A stretch of DNA of 32,000 bases from Paracoccus suum (GTDB lineage: Bacteria; Pseudomonadota; Alphaproteobacteria; Rhodobacterales; Rhodobacteraceae), in NCBI RefSeq assembly GCF_003324675.1, contig NZ_CP030918.1, forward strand, positions 1,260,001 to 1,292,000. Direction: 5' to 3'. Position 1 is the stretch's first letter, and each line of letters opens with the position of its first letter. Below, piece after piece: positions 18,209 to 28,261 of the stretch. A program made the translations under genes and the position numbers. The notes below the pieces were generated by a model, which worked only from the letters and a program-made list of their open reading frames with translations, ran no database searches and had not been told where the DNA came from.

Positions 18209-19810
18209 CTACCGCTTGCGTCGATGACGCCGAACGAGGGCGATTGTCCCAACCGCGCCCAGAAGCCCCAGCCCGATGAAGGCATGCCGACTGGTGACAC
18301 CAAGCCGGTTCTGCGCGCTCTGTCGAAAGCGCGGATCGAACAGTTTGCTGTCGGCCAGCATGTCTTGCCACCAGCTTCGGGGTTTCGGTATCAGCACGCG
18401 CAGGCCCCGCTTCTCGGCCCGGCCCAAGCGGTCAAGGGTCGCGAGCAGGCTGCCGGTGTTGTCCATGGTCCGGGCCACCGCCTCAGCCGAGGTGCCCAGA
18501 TGCTCTGCCAGCAGCCGGTGCAGGACCGCCGCAACGCCCGCACGCTCGGCCTTGCTTTCGGCGATGACCGCGATGTCTGCCTCGGTGTCAAAACCCATCG
18601 ACCGGCGGTCGAGATTGGACGAGCCCACGCGCAGCATCACGTCATCGGCGATCATCAGCTTCGCATGGACATAGATCGGCGCTCCGGTGGTATCCGCCGG
18701 ATAGACCATGCGCAGGCGCCCCTGGTGATCGACGGCCTGCAGCTGTGCCAGCAGCTTGCCACGACGGCCATGCATCGCGGCGTCCTCCACCGCGTTGTGC
18801 GCCTCAAGCGGATTGACGATGACCACTTCCGGGCCATCCGCCTCGCTCAAGCGCGAGGCTATGGCGTCGGCGATCGAGCCGGCCGAAAAATACTGGGATT
18901 CGATATAGAGGAACCGCTGGGCGCCGTTGATCGCATCGATGTAGAGCCGCTCGATCTCGGCTACGATGGGGCTGTTCCGGCCGGGCGGCTCGGTTCGGGC
19001 GATCGCGACGGGAATCGCCTCGAAATCGGGCGCCGTGCCCTCGGCCCACAGACCGGACCGGGGCGTCACCGGCTCTGGCAAGGGGGTGTTCTGGCTGCGC
19101 TTCCACCGGTCGCGGGCCAGATCCCCCAGGGCGGCGGCGGCGGGGCCCGACACCATGGATGTCGCGTCGTGCCAGGGTGGGCAGATATTCTCGCCCGACT
19201 TGTCGGCGCGTCGGGGATCGTTCGGCAGATGATCGGGCGTGTCCCAGCGGCCGGAGGTGACGTCGATCCCGCCGCAAAAGGCCAGAGAGTCGTCAATCAC
19301 CACGATCTTCTGATGATGGCAGGCGCCGATGGGGTGGCTGCCGTCGAGCGCAAGGTGGATCTGATCGCCGCCCATCATGTTCAGCTTCAGGACCGGCCAC
19401 ATGCTTGCCGGCGCCAGCACGGCCCCGCCGCTCCACTTCAGCAGGTAGATATCGAGGCTGGGGCAGCGCGCGACGAGGGCATTGAGGAAGGGACCGACGG
19501 CGTTCGGCAACCCATCCGGCGCGTTGCCATCGGCGTCGCTTTCGCCAGGCAGCATCTCGATATCGAAATCGAAATCCCAGCCGATCATCAGGGCCGCCTG
19601 CCGCGCTTGCAGCAACCCAGCGCGCAGGGCGCGGAAATAGTCCGCGCCATCGACGATCAGGGACATCCGGTCCGCGTTGGCCACGCGCCAGCAATTGTCG
19701 CCCTCGCGAAAGGCGAGGGTGGGTCGGTCAACGGTTGCGGGATTGGAGGCGGTGGGCTCGGCGAGTGGGGTATCAGCGGGTAGGGATTGGTGTCTCGCCG
19801 CGATAGTCAT
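18209..19810 (-). CDS. Phospholipase D-family protein with two HKD motifs and a C-terminal membrane anchor
   Basis: HKD motif 1 is CHHQKIVVIDD...GGID. HKD motif 2 is VHAKLMIADD...GSSNLDRRS. An inter-motif FLYIESQYFS resembles the eukaryotic-type PLD IYIENQFF motif. The C-terminal hydrophobic helix is FIGLGLLGAVGTIALV followed by RRHRRKR. I preferred ATG 19810 because a G-rich RBS is present; ATG 19855 is possible. Either start overlaps the upstream gene. Confidence 0.8.
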   Translation of the reverse strand: MTIAARHQSLPADTPLAEPTASNPATVDRPTLAFREGDNCWRVANADRMSLIVDGADYFRALRAGLLQARQAALMIGWDFDFDIEMLPGESDADGNAPDGLPNAVGPFLNALVARCPSLDIYLLKWSGGAVLAPASMWPVLKLNMMGGDQIHLALDGSHPIGACHHQKIVVIDDSLAFCGGIDVTSGRWDTPDHLPNDPRRADKSGENICPPWHDATSMVSGPAAAALGDLARDRWKRSQNTPLPEPVTPRSGLWAEGTAPDFEAIPVAIARTEPPGRNSPIVAEIERLYIDAINGAQRFLYIESQYFSAGSIADAIASRLSEADGPEVVIVNPLEAHNAVEDAAMHGRRGKLLAQLQAVDHQGRLRMVYPADTTGAPIYVHAKLMIADDVMLRVGSSNLDRRSMGFDTEADIAVIAESKAERAGVAAVLHRLLAEHLGTSAEAVARTMDNTGSLLATLDRLGRAEKRGLRVLIPKPRSWWQDMLADSKLFDPRFRQSAQNRLGVTSRHAFIGLGLLGAVGTIALVRRHRRKR

Positions 19811-20648
19811 AGAACCCCCGACCGGATTTGCGTCCCAACCAGCCAGCTTCGACATATTTGGTCAGCAGCGGGCAGGGGCGGTATTTGGTGTCCGCCAGCC
19901 CCTCGTGCAGCACGTTCATGATGGCAAGACAAGTGTCCAAGCCGATGAAGTCAGCCAGTTCCAGCGGACCCATGGGGTGATTGGTGCCCAGCTTCATGGC
20001 GCTGTCGATGGACTCGACGTTCCCGACGCCCTCGTAGAGGGTGTAGACCGCCTCGTTGATCATCGGCATCAGGATGCGGTTGACGATGAACGCCGGGAAA
20101 TCCTCGGCTGTGGCCGCGGTCTTGCCGATTTTCCGGACCACTTCCAACAGGGTGGCGTAGGTTTCCTCGTCCGTCGGGATGCCGCGGATCAACTCGACCA
20201 GCTGCATCACCGGGACAGGATTCATGAAGTGAAAGCCCATGAACTTTTCCGGGCGGTCCGTGCGGCTGGCAAGGCGGGTGATGCTGATCGACGAGGTGTT
20301 CGAGGTCAGGATCGTCGACGGCTTCAGATGCGGCACCAACTCGGCAAAGATGGCGTGCTTGACGGCCTCGCGCTCGGTCGCGGCCTCGATCACCAGATCG
20401 CATTGGCCGAGGTCGGCCAAGGTCTGGGTCGTCGCGATACGGCCCATGGCGGCGGCCTTGTCGGCCGGGGTGATCTTCTGGCGGCTGACCTGCCGCTCGA
20501 GGTTCTTGTCGATCAGCGCGACGGCCTTTTCCAGCGCCTCGGCGCTGATGTCGGTCATCAGCACGTCATATCCGGCGAGGGCGAAGACATGCGCGATGCC
20601 GTTGCCCATCTGCCCCGCGCCGATCACGCCCACCGATTGAATCGCCAT
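19773..20648 (-). CDS. 3-hydroxyacyl-CoA / 3-hydroxybutyryl-CoA dehydrogenase (NAD-dependent)
   Basis: It begins MAIQSVGVIGAGQMGNGIAHVFALAGYDV (Rossmann fold) and contains the SNTSS, FHFMNPVP and PMGPLELADFIGLD motifs of the HBD family. AAGAGG precedes ATG 20648. Confidence 0.9.
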   Translation of the reverse strand: MAIQSVGVIGAGQMGNGIAHVFALAGYDVLMTDISAEALEKAVALIDKNLERQVSRQKITPADKAAAMGRIATTQTLADLGQCDLVIEAATEREAVKHAIFAELVPHLKPSTILTSNTSSISITRLASRTDRPEKFMGFHFMNPVPVMQLVELIRGIPTDEETYATLLEVVRKIGKTAATAEDFPAFIVNRILMPMINEAVYTLYEGVGNVESIDSAMKLGTNHPMGPLELADFIGLDTCLAIMNVLHEGLADTKYRPCPLLTKYVEAGWLGRKSGRGFYDYRGETPIPTR

Positions 20649-20766
20649 CTGATCCAGCCTCTTTCCCAAATGTCGCCGGACGATAGGGTGACGGCATAGT
20701 CGCCACAACGCAATTCCGCGGTTTCAGCTGCGGCCCCGGTCCGATGTACGATGCGGCAAGCACCAT

Positions 20767-20799
20767 GAAAAACCGCCCGCACCAAGGGCACGGGCGGTT
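20767..20799 (-). terminator. Rho-independent terminator after etfA
   Basis: On the minus strand, AACCGCCCG-N11-CGGGCGGTT is followed by TTTTT (plus-strand A-run 20767-20771), 19 nt after the etfA stop. Confidence 0.75.
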
Positions 20800-20817
20800 C
20801 CGGCAATTGCAGTCCGC

Positions 20818-21753
20818 TTACAGCTTTTCGGTCAACTCGGGCAGTACGGTAAAGACGTCTCCAACCAGGCCGTAGTCGGCAACCTGAAAGATCGGCGCCT
20901 CTTCGTCCTTGTTGATCGCGACGATCACCTTGCTGTCCTTCATCCCGGCAAGGTGCTGGATCGCGCCCGAGATGCCGCAGGCGATATAAAGGTCGGGCGC
21001 GACGACCTTGCCGGTCTGGCCGACCTGCCAGTCGTTAGGGGCATAGCCGCTGTCGACCGCCGCACGGCTGGCGCCGACGGCCGCGCCCAGCTTGTCGGCC
21101 AGCCGCTCGATGATCGCAAAGTTCTCCTTGCTGGCCATCGCGCGCCCGCCCGAGACGATGCGCTTGGCCGAGGTCAGCTCGGGCCGGTCCGAGGTCGCGA
21201 CCTTGTCCTCGACCCAGGACGACAGGCCCTTGTCCTCGCCCGCGACCTCCTGATGGTCGACCGGTGCTGCCGCGCCGCCCTTGGGGGCCGCGTCGAAGCT
21301 GGCGGTGCGAACCGTCAGCACCTTGACCTTGTCGCCTGACTTGACCGTCTGGATGCCGTTGCCGGCATAAACCGGACGTTCGAACGTGTCGGCATCGACG
21401 ATACCCGAGACGTCGGAAATTACCATCATGTCCAGCAGGGCCGCCACGCGCGGGGCGATGTTCTTGGCGCTCGCGGTCGAGGGAAAGACGATGGCGTCAT
21501 AATCGCCGGCCAGACCGACAATCAGATCGGCCAGCGGCTCGGCAAGGCCATGGGCGTGGGCTGCCGACGAGCGGCAGATGACCTTGGAAACACCGTCCAG
21601 GGTCGCGGCCTCATCGGCGGCGCCGTGGCAATCGTGGCCCGCGACCAGCACGGTCACATCGCCCAGCTTCCGTGCGGCGGTCAGGGCCTTGGCGGTCGAA
21701 TCGACGGCCAGCTCCTTGCCACCAGTGAGTTCGGCAACCAGCAGAACTGCCAT
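20818..21753 (-). CDS. etfA: Electron transfer flavoprotein subunit alpha
   Basis: It begins MAVLLVAE and has the C-terminal FAD-binding region [40 protein letters not shown] 21753 overlaps the etfB TGA (TGATG). Confidence 0.95.
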   Translation of the reverse strand: MAVLLVAELTGGKELAVDSTAKALTAARKLGDVTVLVAGHDCHGAADEAATLDGVSKVICRSSAAHAHGLAEPLADLIVGLAGDYDAIVFPSTASAKNIAPRVAALLDMMVISDVSGIVDADTFERPVYAGNGIQTVKSGDKVKVLTVRTASFDAAPKGGAAAPVDHQEVAGEDKGLSSWVEDKVATSDRPELTSAKRIVSGGRAMASKENFAIIERLADKLGAAVGASRAAVDSGYAPNDWQVGQTGKVVAPDLYIACGISGAIQHLAGMKDSKVIVAINKDEEAPIFQVADYGLVGDVFTVLPELTEKL

Positions 21754-22511
21754 CACACGACCCCCGCTTCTTTCAGTTTCGCTACCAGCTCGTCGACCGA
21801 GCCGACCTTGATCCCGGCCTTGCGGCCGCCCGGCTCGACCGTCTTGACGACCGTCAGGCGCGGCGCCGTGTCGACGCCGTAATCCGCGGCCGTTTTCTCG
21901 TCGAGCGGCTTTTTCTTGGCCTTCATGATATTGGGAAGGCTGGCGTAGCGCGGCTCGTTCAGGCGCAGGTCGGCAGTCACCACCGCCGGCAGCTTGACGC
22001 TGATGGTCTGCAGGCCGCCATCGACCTCGCGCGTGACCTTGGCCGCGCCGTCCGCGACCTCGATCTCGGAGGCATAGGTCGCCTGCGGCCAGCCCAGCAG
22101 CGCCGCCAGCATCTGGCCGGTTGCGTTCATGTCGTTGTCGATCGCCTGCTTGCCGGCGATGATCAGCTGGGCGCCCTCGGCTTCGGCCACGGCCTTCAGG
22201 ATCTTGGCCACGGCCAGCGGCTCGATGTCCTGATGAACGTCCTCGGTGGCAACCACCAGGATCGCGCGGTCCGCGCCCATGGCAAGGGCCGTGCGCAACG
22301 TCTCGGCCGCCTGCTTGACGCCGATGGAGACGGCGATCACCTCTTCGGCGGCGCCTTTTTCCTTCAGGCGGATGGCCTCTTCGACGGCAATCTCGTCAAA
22401 GGGGTTCATCGACATCTTGACGTTGGTCAGATCGACGCCGGACCCGTCCGGTTTGACCCGAACCTTGACGTTATAGTCGATCACACGCTTGACCGGCACC
22501 AGCACCTTCAT
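21753..22511 (-). CDS. etfB: Electron transfer flavoprotein subunit beta
   Basis: [19 protein letters not shown] is the canonical EtfB N-terminus. I chose ATG 22511 (RBS GGGGAAGG upstream) over GTG 22517. Confidence 0.95.
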   Translation of the reverse strand: MKVLVPVKRVIDYNVKVRVKPDGSGVDLTNVKMSMNPFDEIAVEEAIRLKEKGAAEEVIAVSIGVKQAAETLRTALAMGADRAILVVATEDVHQDIEPLAVAKILKAVAEAEGAQLIIAGKQAIDNDMNATGQMLAALLGWPQATYASEIEVADGAAKVTREVDGGLQTISVKLPAVVTADLRLNEPRYASLPNIMKAKKKPLDEKTAADYGVDTAPRLTVVKTVEPGGRKAGIKVGSVDELVAKLKEAGVV

Positions 22512-22633
22512 CGGCACCTTCCCCTATGACTGCGATATATCCGCCGGATTGATACAGGCTGCCCGTCGCCTGTGACAGGGGTAAAAACGGCTAAATCCGG
22601 CGCCAGATGGCCGCGCGGGGCCGATCTGGCGGA

Positions 22634-23209
22634 TCAGCGGCTGGCGCCGGGCACCCACAGCACATCGCCGCCATCCGCATTCGCCACGCGGGCCGCGACA
22701 AACAGCCAGTCCGACAGCCGGTTCAGATAGCGCAGTGCGGCCGGGTTGACGTCGCCAGAGGTCTGCGCGGCGAGTGCCACCGCGACGCGCTCGGCGCGTC
22801 GGGCAATTGTCCGCGCCAGATGCAGGTGCACCGCCAGGGGTGTGCCGCCCGGCAGAATGAAGCTGCGCAGCGGCGAGAGGCCCGCATTCATCGCGTCGAT
22901 CTCTGCCTCGATGCGGGCGATCTGGCTGTCGATGATGCGCAGGACGGGGTAGGGCGCAGTCGCATCCTCGGTATGGCCGGGCCGCGACAGATCGGCGCCG
23001 AGGTCGAACAGCTCGTTCTGGATCATGGCGATCTGGGCAGCCAACGCGCCGCTGGCGTGCTGCGCGGCAAGGCCCAGCGCCGCGTTCGCCTCGTCCACGG
23101 TGCCCATCGCCTCGACCCGAAGGTCATGCTTGGCCACGCGGCTGCCGTCCGACAGACCGGTGTCGCCGCCGTCGCCGGTGCGGGTGTAGATGCGGTTGAG
23201 GACCACCAT
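22634..23209 (-). CDS. PduO-type ATP:cob(I)alamin adenosyltransferase
   Basis: MVVLNRIYTRTGDGGDTGL is the hallmark PduO-type N-terminus, and ILPGG and the helical bundle regions follow. The start is ATG 23209. Confidence 0.9.
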   Translation of the reverse strand: MVVLNRIYTRTGDGGDTGLSDGSRVAKHDLRVEAMGTVDEANAALGLAAQHASGALAAQIAMIQNELFDLGADLSRPGHTEDATAPYPVLRIIDSQIARIEAEIDAMNAGLSPLRSFILPGGTPLAVHLHLARTIARRAERVAVALAAQTSGDVNPAALRYLNRLSDWLFVAARVANADGGDVLWVPGASR

Positions 23210-23409
23210 CAGCGATGCGCGACCGTGATGTAGAGCAGGATCACCGCGATCGCGATCGCCTGCGCGATGATGCGCCATCGCATCAGGCGGTTGGAGTTGC
23301 GGCGGTTAAACTCGCCCCCGCGGGCAAAGCCGCCAAGGCCGGTCGCGAGGATCGCGACGACCGCCCCGACTGCCACCACCACCAGGAAAAAGAGAGGTTT
23401 GTCTTGCAT
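23209..23409 (-). CDS. Twin-transmembrane-helix small protein (HIG1-domain family)
   Basis: The 66-aa protein has two hydrophobic helices separated by NRLMRWRIIAQA, matching the HIG_1_N pattern of alphaproteobacteria. Its stop overlaps the adenosyltransferase ATG (TGATG). Confidence 0.7.
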   Translation of the reverse strand: MQDKPLFFLVVVAVGAVVAILATGLGGFARGGEFNRRNSNRLMRWRIIAQAIAIAVILLYITVAHR

Positions 23410-23439
23410 GGGTCTGCGTCCTTGCCGCAAGCGGCGACA

Positions 23440-24267
23440 CTAGCCCCGCCGCGCCACCCAGTCCAGTGCGCGCGTCGGCAGCAAACGCCGCGCCATTCCA
23501 GCCAGGTGCGTGGGCACGGTCACGTAATAGCGCGGTCGGGGTCGCGCCGCCTCGATGGCATGGGCGATCACGCGGCTGACCGCCTCGGGCGGCAGTTCGA
23601 ACCGGTCCTTGGATTGCGGCCCATAAAGGCGCTTGCGCAACGTCTTGCGGTACTGATCGGCGCGGGCGCTACCCTCCCAGTCGATCCACCGCTCGAACTG
23701 CCGCGTAGCATTCACGCGAAAGCGCGAGGTGATCGGCCCAGGCTCGATCAGGACGACCCGGATCGGTGTGTCCTCCATCTCCAGCCGCAGGGTATCGGTC
23801 AGCCCCTCCAGCGCGAACTTGGTCGCGTTGTAGGCACCGCGCCATTTCAGCGCGACAAGGCCGAGCACCGAGCTGATGTTCACGATCGTGCCGCGGCCCT
23901 GGGCGCGGAAGTGCGGGATCATCGCACGGGTCAGGTCATGCGCGCCGAGGACGTTCGTCTCGAAGATATGGCGCAGCGCGTCGCGCGGCAGGTCCTCGAG
24001 CGCGCCGGGAATGGCGAAGGCGGCGTTGTTCACCACGGCGGTCAGCGGGCCCCCCGCAACTGCCTCGGCCACGGCGGCCTGCACGCTGTCCGGGTCGGCG
24101 ACGTCCAGAACGAGGCTTTCCAGCCCCTCGGCGCGACGTGCAGCGACATCGGCCGGGTCGCGGCAACTGGCGACCACGCGCCAGCCCCGGCCCGCGAGAT
24201 AACGCGCCGCGTCGAGGCCGATCCCGGACGAGCAGCCGGTGATGAGAACGCCGCGACCGCCCTGCAC
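23440..24267 (-). CDS. SDR-family oxidoreductase
   Basis: It contains VLITGCSSGIGLDAA, NNAAF and the YNATKFAL (YxxxK) motif. I preferred GTG 24267, immediately after the upstream stop. TTG 24309 is the track alternative and would overlap by 41 nt. Confidence 0.8.
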   Translation of the reverse strand: MQGGRGVLITGCSSGIGLDAARYLAGRGWRVVASCRDPADVAARRAEGLESLVLDVADPDSVQAAVAEAVAGGPLTAVVNNAAFAIPGALEDLPRDALRHIFETNVLGAHDLTRAMIPHFRAQGRGTIVNISSVLGLVALKWRGAYNATKFALEGLTDTLRLEMEDTPIRVVLIEPGPITSRFRVNATRQFERWIDWEGSARADQYRKTLRKRLYGPQSKDRFELPPEAVSRVIAHAIEAARPRPRYYVTVPTHLAGMARRLLPTRALDWVARRG

Positions 24268-24268
24268 G

Positions 24269-24763
24269 TTACGCCGGCGGCAGGTTGCTGAGGTAACGGG
24301 CTGAGACAAAGCCGTTCTGGCTGCCGTTCCGAACCTCGACCCAGCCGCCGACTGGCGGCCCCACCGGGGCGAGGGCTTGCCCCCGCTTCAGCTTGGCGAG
24401 AATCGCGGCGGCCTGATCTGGCCCAGCCCGCAGATTAACCGCATCCGAGGTGACATAGACGCTGCTGGTCTGCGCGGCCACTGTCTTCAGCGCCGTCGTC
24501 GCCGCATGTTCGGGCGACGGCTGCAGCGCAGGTGCCCCGCGCGACATCGCCGTTGGCGGGGCAGACAGCGCTGCTGTCATCAGCACTGCGGGGGGCGTAC
24601 CGGCATCCTCAGGCACCTGCTGCGCTGTTTCGATCGATTGCGGAGCCACGGCCACCTCTGCATTGGGCACATAACCTGCGTCAGTGCCGCTGAATTCGGG
24701 CGTCCCGAATAGCGCCAATACGCCAAATAACCCTGCTAGCGTCAAAAGAACCAGCCGCACCAT
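24269..24763 (-). CDS. Secreted or membrane-anchored bacterial SH3-domain protein
   Basis: The N-terminal signal or anchor is [20 protein letters not shown]. The C-terminal SH3b-like segment is [60 protein letters not shown] precedes ATG 24763. Confidence 0.7.
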   Translation of the reverse strand: MVRLVLLTLAGLFGVLALFGTPEFSGTDAGYVPNAEVAVAPQSIETAQQVPEDAGTPPAVLMTAALSAPPTAMSRGAPALQPSPEHAATTALKTVAAQTSSVYVTSDAVNLRAGPDQAAAILAKLKRGQALAPVGPPVGGWVEVRNGSQNGFVSARYLSNLPPA

Positions 24764-24937
24764 AGCCTTCAGCCTCTCGCGACCGAACCGGCCACCTCGT
24801 GCGCCCGGCGTGCCTGCGGGGCGTTCACGGACAAACGCCGCTTGGGCCGCGGCGTTCCGCGCGAAAGGACCCATGATCGCCCGCCCGGGCCGTCTGGCCC
24901 TTGCCGCCGCCCCGCGCTTGGGACTATCCCGCAGCCC

Positions 24938-27181
24938 ATGTCTGACGAGCTTGATCCCCCGCTGCCCGACCTTCCGGCGGCCGATGCGCCCTCGACCCAG
25001 TCCGAGCCGCTCGCCCGCGCTATCGGCGAGCGGTACCTGAGCTATGCGCTGAGCACGATCATGAACCGGGCGCTTCCCGACGCGCGCGACGGGCTAAAGC
25101 CGGTGCATCGCCGGATCCTCTACGCGATGCGGGAATTGCGGCTGGCCCCGTCGGGCGGATTCCGCAAATCGGCCAAGATCAGCGGCGACGTGATGGGCAA
25201 CTATCACCCGCATGGCGACAGCGCGATCTATGACGCGATGGCGCGCCTCGCCCAGCCGTTCGCCATGCGCTATCCGCTGGTCGACGGGCAGGGCAACTTT
25301 GGCAATATCGACGGCGACAACCCCGCCGCCAGTCGCTACACCGAGGCCCGCCTGACGCTGGCGGCCGAGGCCCTGATGGAAGGGCTGGCCGAGGATGCGG
25401 TCGACTTCCGGCCCAACTACGACGGCACTCTGACCGAGCCTGTGGTCCTTCCTGCCGCCTTCCCGAACCTGCTGGCCAATGGCGCAAGCGGCATCGCGGT
25501 CGGCATGGCGACCAACGTGCCGCCGCATAACCTGCACGAGTTGCTGGACGCCTGCCTGCACCTGATCAAGTCGCCCGACGCCCGCGACGAGACGCTGATG
25601 AACTTTGTCCCCGGCCCGGATTTTCCGACCGGCGGCGTGCTGGTCGAGCCGCGCGAGGTGCTGGCCGAGGCCTATCGCACCGGCCGCGGCAGCCTGCGCC
25701 TGCGCGCACGCTGGGTGCGCGAAGACCTGGGCCGCGGCAACTGGCAGATCATCGTCACCGAGATCCCCTACCAGGTGCAGAAATCCAAGCTGATCGAGCG
25801 CCTGGCCGAACTGATCCAGGCGCGCAAGGTGCCGATCCTCGCCGATGTGCGCGATGAGAGCGCCGATGACATCCGCATCGTGCTGGAGCCTCGGGTCCGC
25901 ACCATCGACCCCGAGCAGCTGATGGCCGCCCTGTTCCGCATGTCGGAGTTGGAGGTCAGGTTCGGCGTCAACATGAACGTGCTGATCGACGGCCGCGTGC
26001 CCAAGGTCTGCTCGCTCAAGGAGGTGCTGCGCGCTTTCCTCGACCATCGGCGCGAGGTCCTGCTGCGCCGCTCGGCACACCGGCTGGACCGGATCGCGAA
26101 CCGGCTCGAAGTGCTGGACGGCTATATCGTCGCCTATCTGAACCTCGACCGCGTCATCGCCATCATCCGCCACGAGGACGACCCCAAGGCGGTGATGATC
26201 GCCGAGTTCGGCCTGTCCGATGTGCAGGTCGAGGCGATCCTCAACATGCGCCTGCGCGCCCTGCGCCGCCTCGAGGAGATCGAGTTGCGGGCCGAGCGTG
26301 ATCGCCTGTCCGACGAGCGCGCCGGCCTGCAGGCCTTGCTGGCCGAAGAAAGCGCCCAATGGGCAAAGATCGCCGAGCAACTGAAAGAAGTGCGCGCCCT
26401 GTTCGGCAAGTCCGCGCCCGGCGGCATGCGCCGGACCGAGATCACCGATCGCGAGGACGTCCAGCCGGTCGACATGGACGCCATGGCCCCGCGCGAGCCG
26501 GTGACCGTGATACTTTCGCGCATGGGCTGGATCCGCGCCATCAAGGGCCATCAGCCGCTGGACGCCGAGGTCAAGTTCCGCGACGGAGACGGCCCCTTCA
26601 TGGCGCTGCACGCCGAGAGCACGGACAAGCTGATGCTGTTGGGGCAGAACGGGCGGTTCTACACGCTGCCGGCCGCGACCCTGCCGGGCGGCCGGGGCCT
26701 CGGCGAGCCACTGCGGCTGATGATCGATCTGCCGAATGACGCCGCCGTGATCGACCTGTTTGCCTGGCGCGAGGGCGACATGCATCTGGTCGCATCCACG
26801 GCCGGCGACGGCTTTATCGTCGGCGCGGCGGACATCCTCGCCCAGACCAAGGCCGGCAAGCAGGTGCTGAACGGCGTTGCCTTGCTGCGCCGCAGGGTCG
26901 AGGGCGATCACATCGCCACCATCGGCCAGAACCGCAAGATGCTGGTCTTTCCGCTGTCGGAGTTACCCGAGATGGCGCGCGGCAAGGGCGTGCGCCTGCA
27001 GCGATTCAAGGACGGCGGGCTGTCGGATGCGACCTGCCTCACGCTGTCGGTCGGGCTGTCATGGAAGGACCCCGCGGGCCGCACGCGGACCGAGGCGGAC
27101 CTGTCCGAATGGCTGGGCGCCCGTGCTTCGGCGGGGCGCATGGCGCCCCGCGGCTTTCCGCGCGACAACCGCTTCAACTGA
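24938..27181 (+). CDS. parC: DNA topoisomerase IV subunit A
   Basis: It contains [33 protein letters not shown], the active-site region [10 protein letters not shown], and no GyrA-box. The ~747 aa length is typical of alphaproteobacterial ParC. The start is ATG 24938. Confidence 0.9.
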   Translation: MSDELDPPLPDLPAADAPSTQSEPLARAIGERYLSYALSTIMNRALPDARDGLKPVHRRILYAMRELRLAPSGGFRKSAKISGDVMGNYHPHGDSAIYDAMARLAQPFAMRYPLVDGQGNFGNIDGDNPAASRYTEARLTLAAEALMEGLAEDAVDFRPNYDGTLTEPVVLPAAFPNLLANGASGIAVGMATNVPPHNLHELLDACLHLIKSPDARDETLMNFVPGPDFPTGGVLVEPREVLAEAYRTGRGSLRLRARWVREDLGRGNWQIIVTEIPYQVQKSKLIERLAELIQARKVPILADVRDESADDIRIVLEPRVRTIDPEQLMAALFRMSELEVRFGVNMNVLIDGRVPKVCSLKEVLRAFLDHRREVLLRRSAHRLDRIANRLEVLDGYIVAYLNLDRVIAIIRHEDDPKAVMIAEFGLSDVQVEAILNMRLRALRRLEEIELRAERDRLSDERAGLQALLAEESAQWAKIAEQLKEVRALFGKSAPGGMRRTEITDREDVQPVDMDAMAPREPVTVILSRMGWIRAIKGHQPLDAEVKFRDGDGPFMALHAESTDKLMLLGQNGRFYTLPAATLPGGRGLGEPLRLMIDLPNDAAVIDLFAWREGDMHLVASTAGDGFIVGAADILAQTKAGKQVLNGVALLRRRVEGDHIATIGQNRKMLVFPLSELPEMARGKGVRLQRFKDGGLSDATCLTLSVGLSWKDPAGRTRTEADLSEWLGARASAGRMAPRGFPRDNRFN

Positions 27182-27372
27182 CCCGCCGGCCGCGCCCCGC
27201 CCTTGGCGGGCTATCGAGCGCGGCCCTTGTCACGGACGGGCAGGGGCCCTAGATAGCGGAGGCTACGTTTTCTGCTTTTGCCTCTCCTCCACCGGAACCG
27301 AGACTGCGATTGTTAGCGACCGGGCCGGGCCATCACGCTTCTGTGGATGGCGATTCTTGAGGAGGTATCACG

Positions 27373-27579
27373 ATGGCCAATGGCACCGTGAAATGGTTCA
27401 ACGCCACCAAAGGCTTCGGCTTCATCGAGCCGGAAGGCGGGAAGCGCGACGTGTTCCTGCACATCTCGGCCGTCGAGCGCGCCGGCCTGCAGCCGCCGCG
27501 TGACGGCCAGGCTGTCAGCTACGACATCGAAGCCGGCCGTGACGGCCGCGAGTCGGCGACCAACCTGCGCTACGTCTGA
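27373..27579 (+). CDS. cspA: Cold-shock protein (CspA family)
   Basis: MANGTVKWFNATKGFGFIEPEGG..DVFLHISAV carries the RNP1 and RNP2 motifs, in 68 aa. The ~190-nt upstream untranslated region is typical of csp genes. Confidence 0.95.
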   Translation: MANGTVKWFNATKGFGFIEPEGGKRDVFLHISAVERAGLQPPRDGQAVSYDIEAGRDGRESATNLRYV

Positions 27580-27603
27580 TTTTTCGGACTTTGTGACCAA
27601 GAG

Positions 27604-27634
27604 GGCCGTCCCATAAGGGGCGGCCATTTTCGTT
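27604..27634 (+). terminator. Rho-independent terminator after cspA
   Basis: GGCCGTCCC-ATAA-GGGGCGGCC (one G-U pair) is followed by ATTTTCGTTT. Confidence 0.75.
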
Positions 27635-27671
27635 TGAGCGTGGCGCAGGGGGTGGAAATTATCGCCCAGGG

Positions 27672-28064
27672 TTAGCCGGCAGCGCCGTGGAAGACTGCCT
27701 CGATATTGTTGCCTTCAGGGTCGAGGATAAAAGCCCCGTAATATCCGGGATGATACTGCGGGCGGAGGCCGGGCGCGCCGTTGTCCTTCCCGCCAGCCGC
27801 GATCGCCGCGGCATAGAATGCATCGACCCCCGCCTGATCTCTCGCGGCAAAGGCCACATGGATACTATGCGAAGCGGCCCTGCCGGTTCCGATCCAGAAG
27901 AACGGATTGTCGCCCTCGCCATAGCCGAGGTGCGCGCCGTGTCCGCCGGTCATCTCCTCAGTTACCTCCATGAGGCAGGTGATGCCGAGGGGGGCAAGCG
28001 CTTTTTCATAGAAACTGCGCGCGGCAGGGAGGTCGACGACGGTTAGCCCAATATGATCGATCAC
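27672..28064 (-). CDS. VOC-family (glyoxalase/bleomycin-resistance/dioxygenase) protein
   Basis: The 130-aa protein contains MIDHIGLTVVDL..AR.FY, HVAFAA and GYYGAFILDPEGNNIEAV, which are typical VOC motifs. Confidence 0.8.
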   Translation of the reverse strand: MIDHIGLTVVDLPAARSFYEKALAPLGITCLMEVTEEMTGGHGAHLGYGEGDNPFFWIGTGRAASHSIHVAFAARDQAGVDAFYAAAIAAGGKDNGAPGLRPQYHPGYYGAFILDPEGNNIEAVFHGAAG

Positions 28065-28211
28065 GTTGCTGCTTCCTTTCCTGGGGAATGGAGGCAGTAT
28101 CGAGCAGGCCTCCTGACAAATCGAGTCAGCAGCCGCTCTCTACTTGCAACGTCTGGGTCGACTGAAGCGTCCTGGTCAAAGCGTCCCGGTCAAAGCGGGC
28201 CATTCCATAGC

Positions 28212-28235
28212 AAAAGGCCGCCCCGAGGGGCGGCC
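28212..28235 (-). terminator. Rho-independent terminator after tuf
   Basis: The stem GGCCGCCC / GGGCGGCC spans 28216-28235. The plus-strand AAAA at 28212-28215 gives TTTT after the hairpin on the minus strand, 27 nt past the tuf stop. Confidence 0.75.
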
Positions 28236-28261
28236 CTTCAGTCTCTTTGTCAGTCCTAGTC

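Noticed and set aside
18134-19783. 549-aa plus-strand ORF overlapping the PLD gene
   Set aside because: The minus-strand frame contains two canonical HKD motifs. The plus-strand product is Gly/Arg/Ala-rich with no motifs.
19677-20699. 340-aa plus-strand ORF over the 3-hydroxyacyl-CoA dehydrogenase gene
   Set aside because: It is antisense to a gene with a clear Rossmann/HBD signature and has no motifs of its own.
25094-26911. 605-aa minus-strand ORF inside parC
   Set aside because: It is antisense to a confidently identified topoisomerase IV subunit A and is a typical high-GC artefact.
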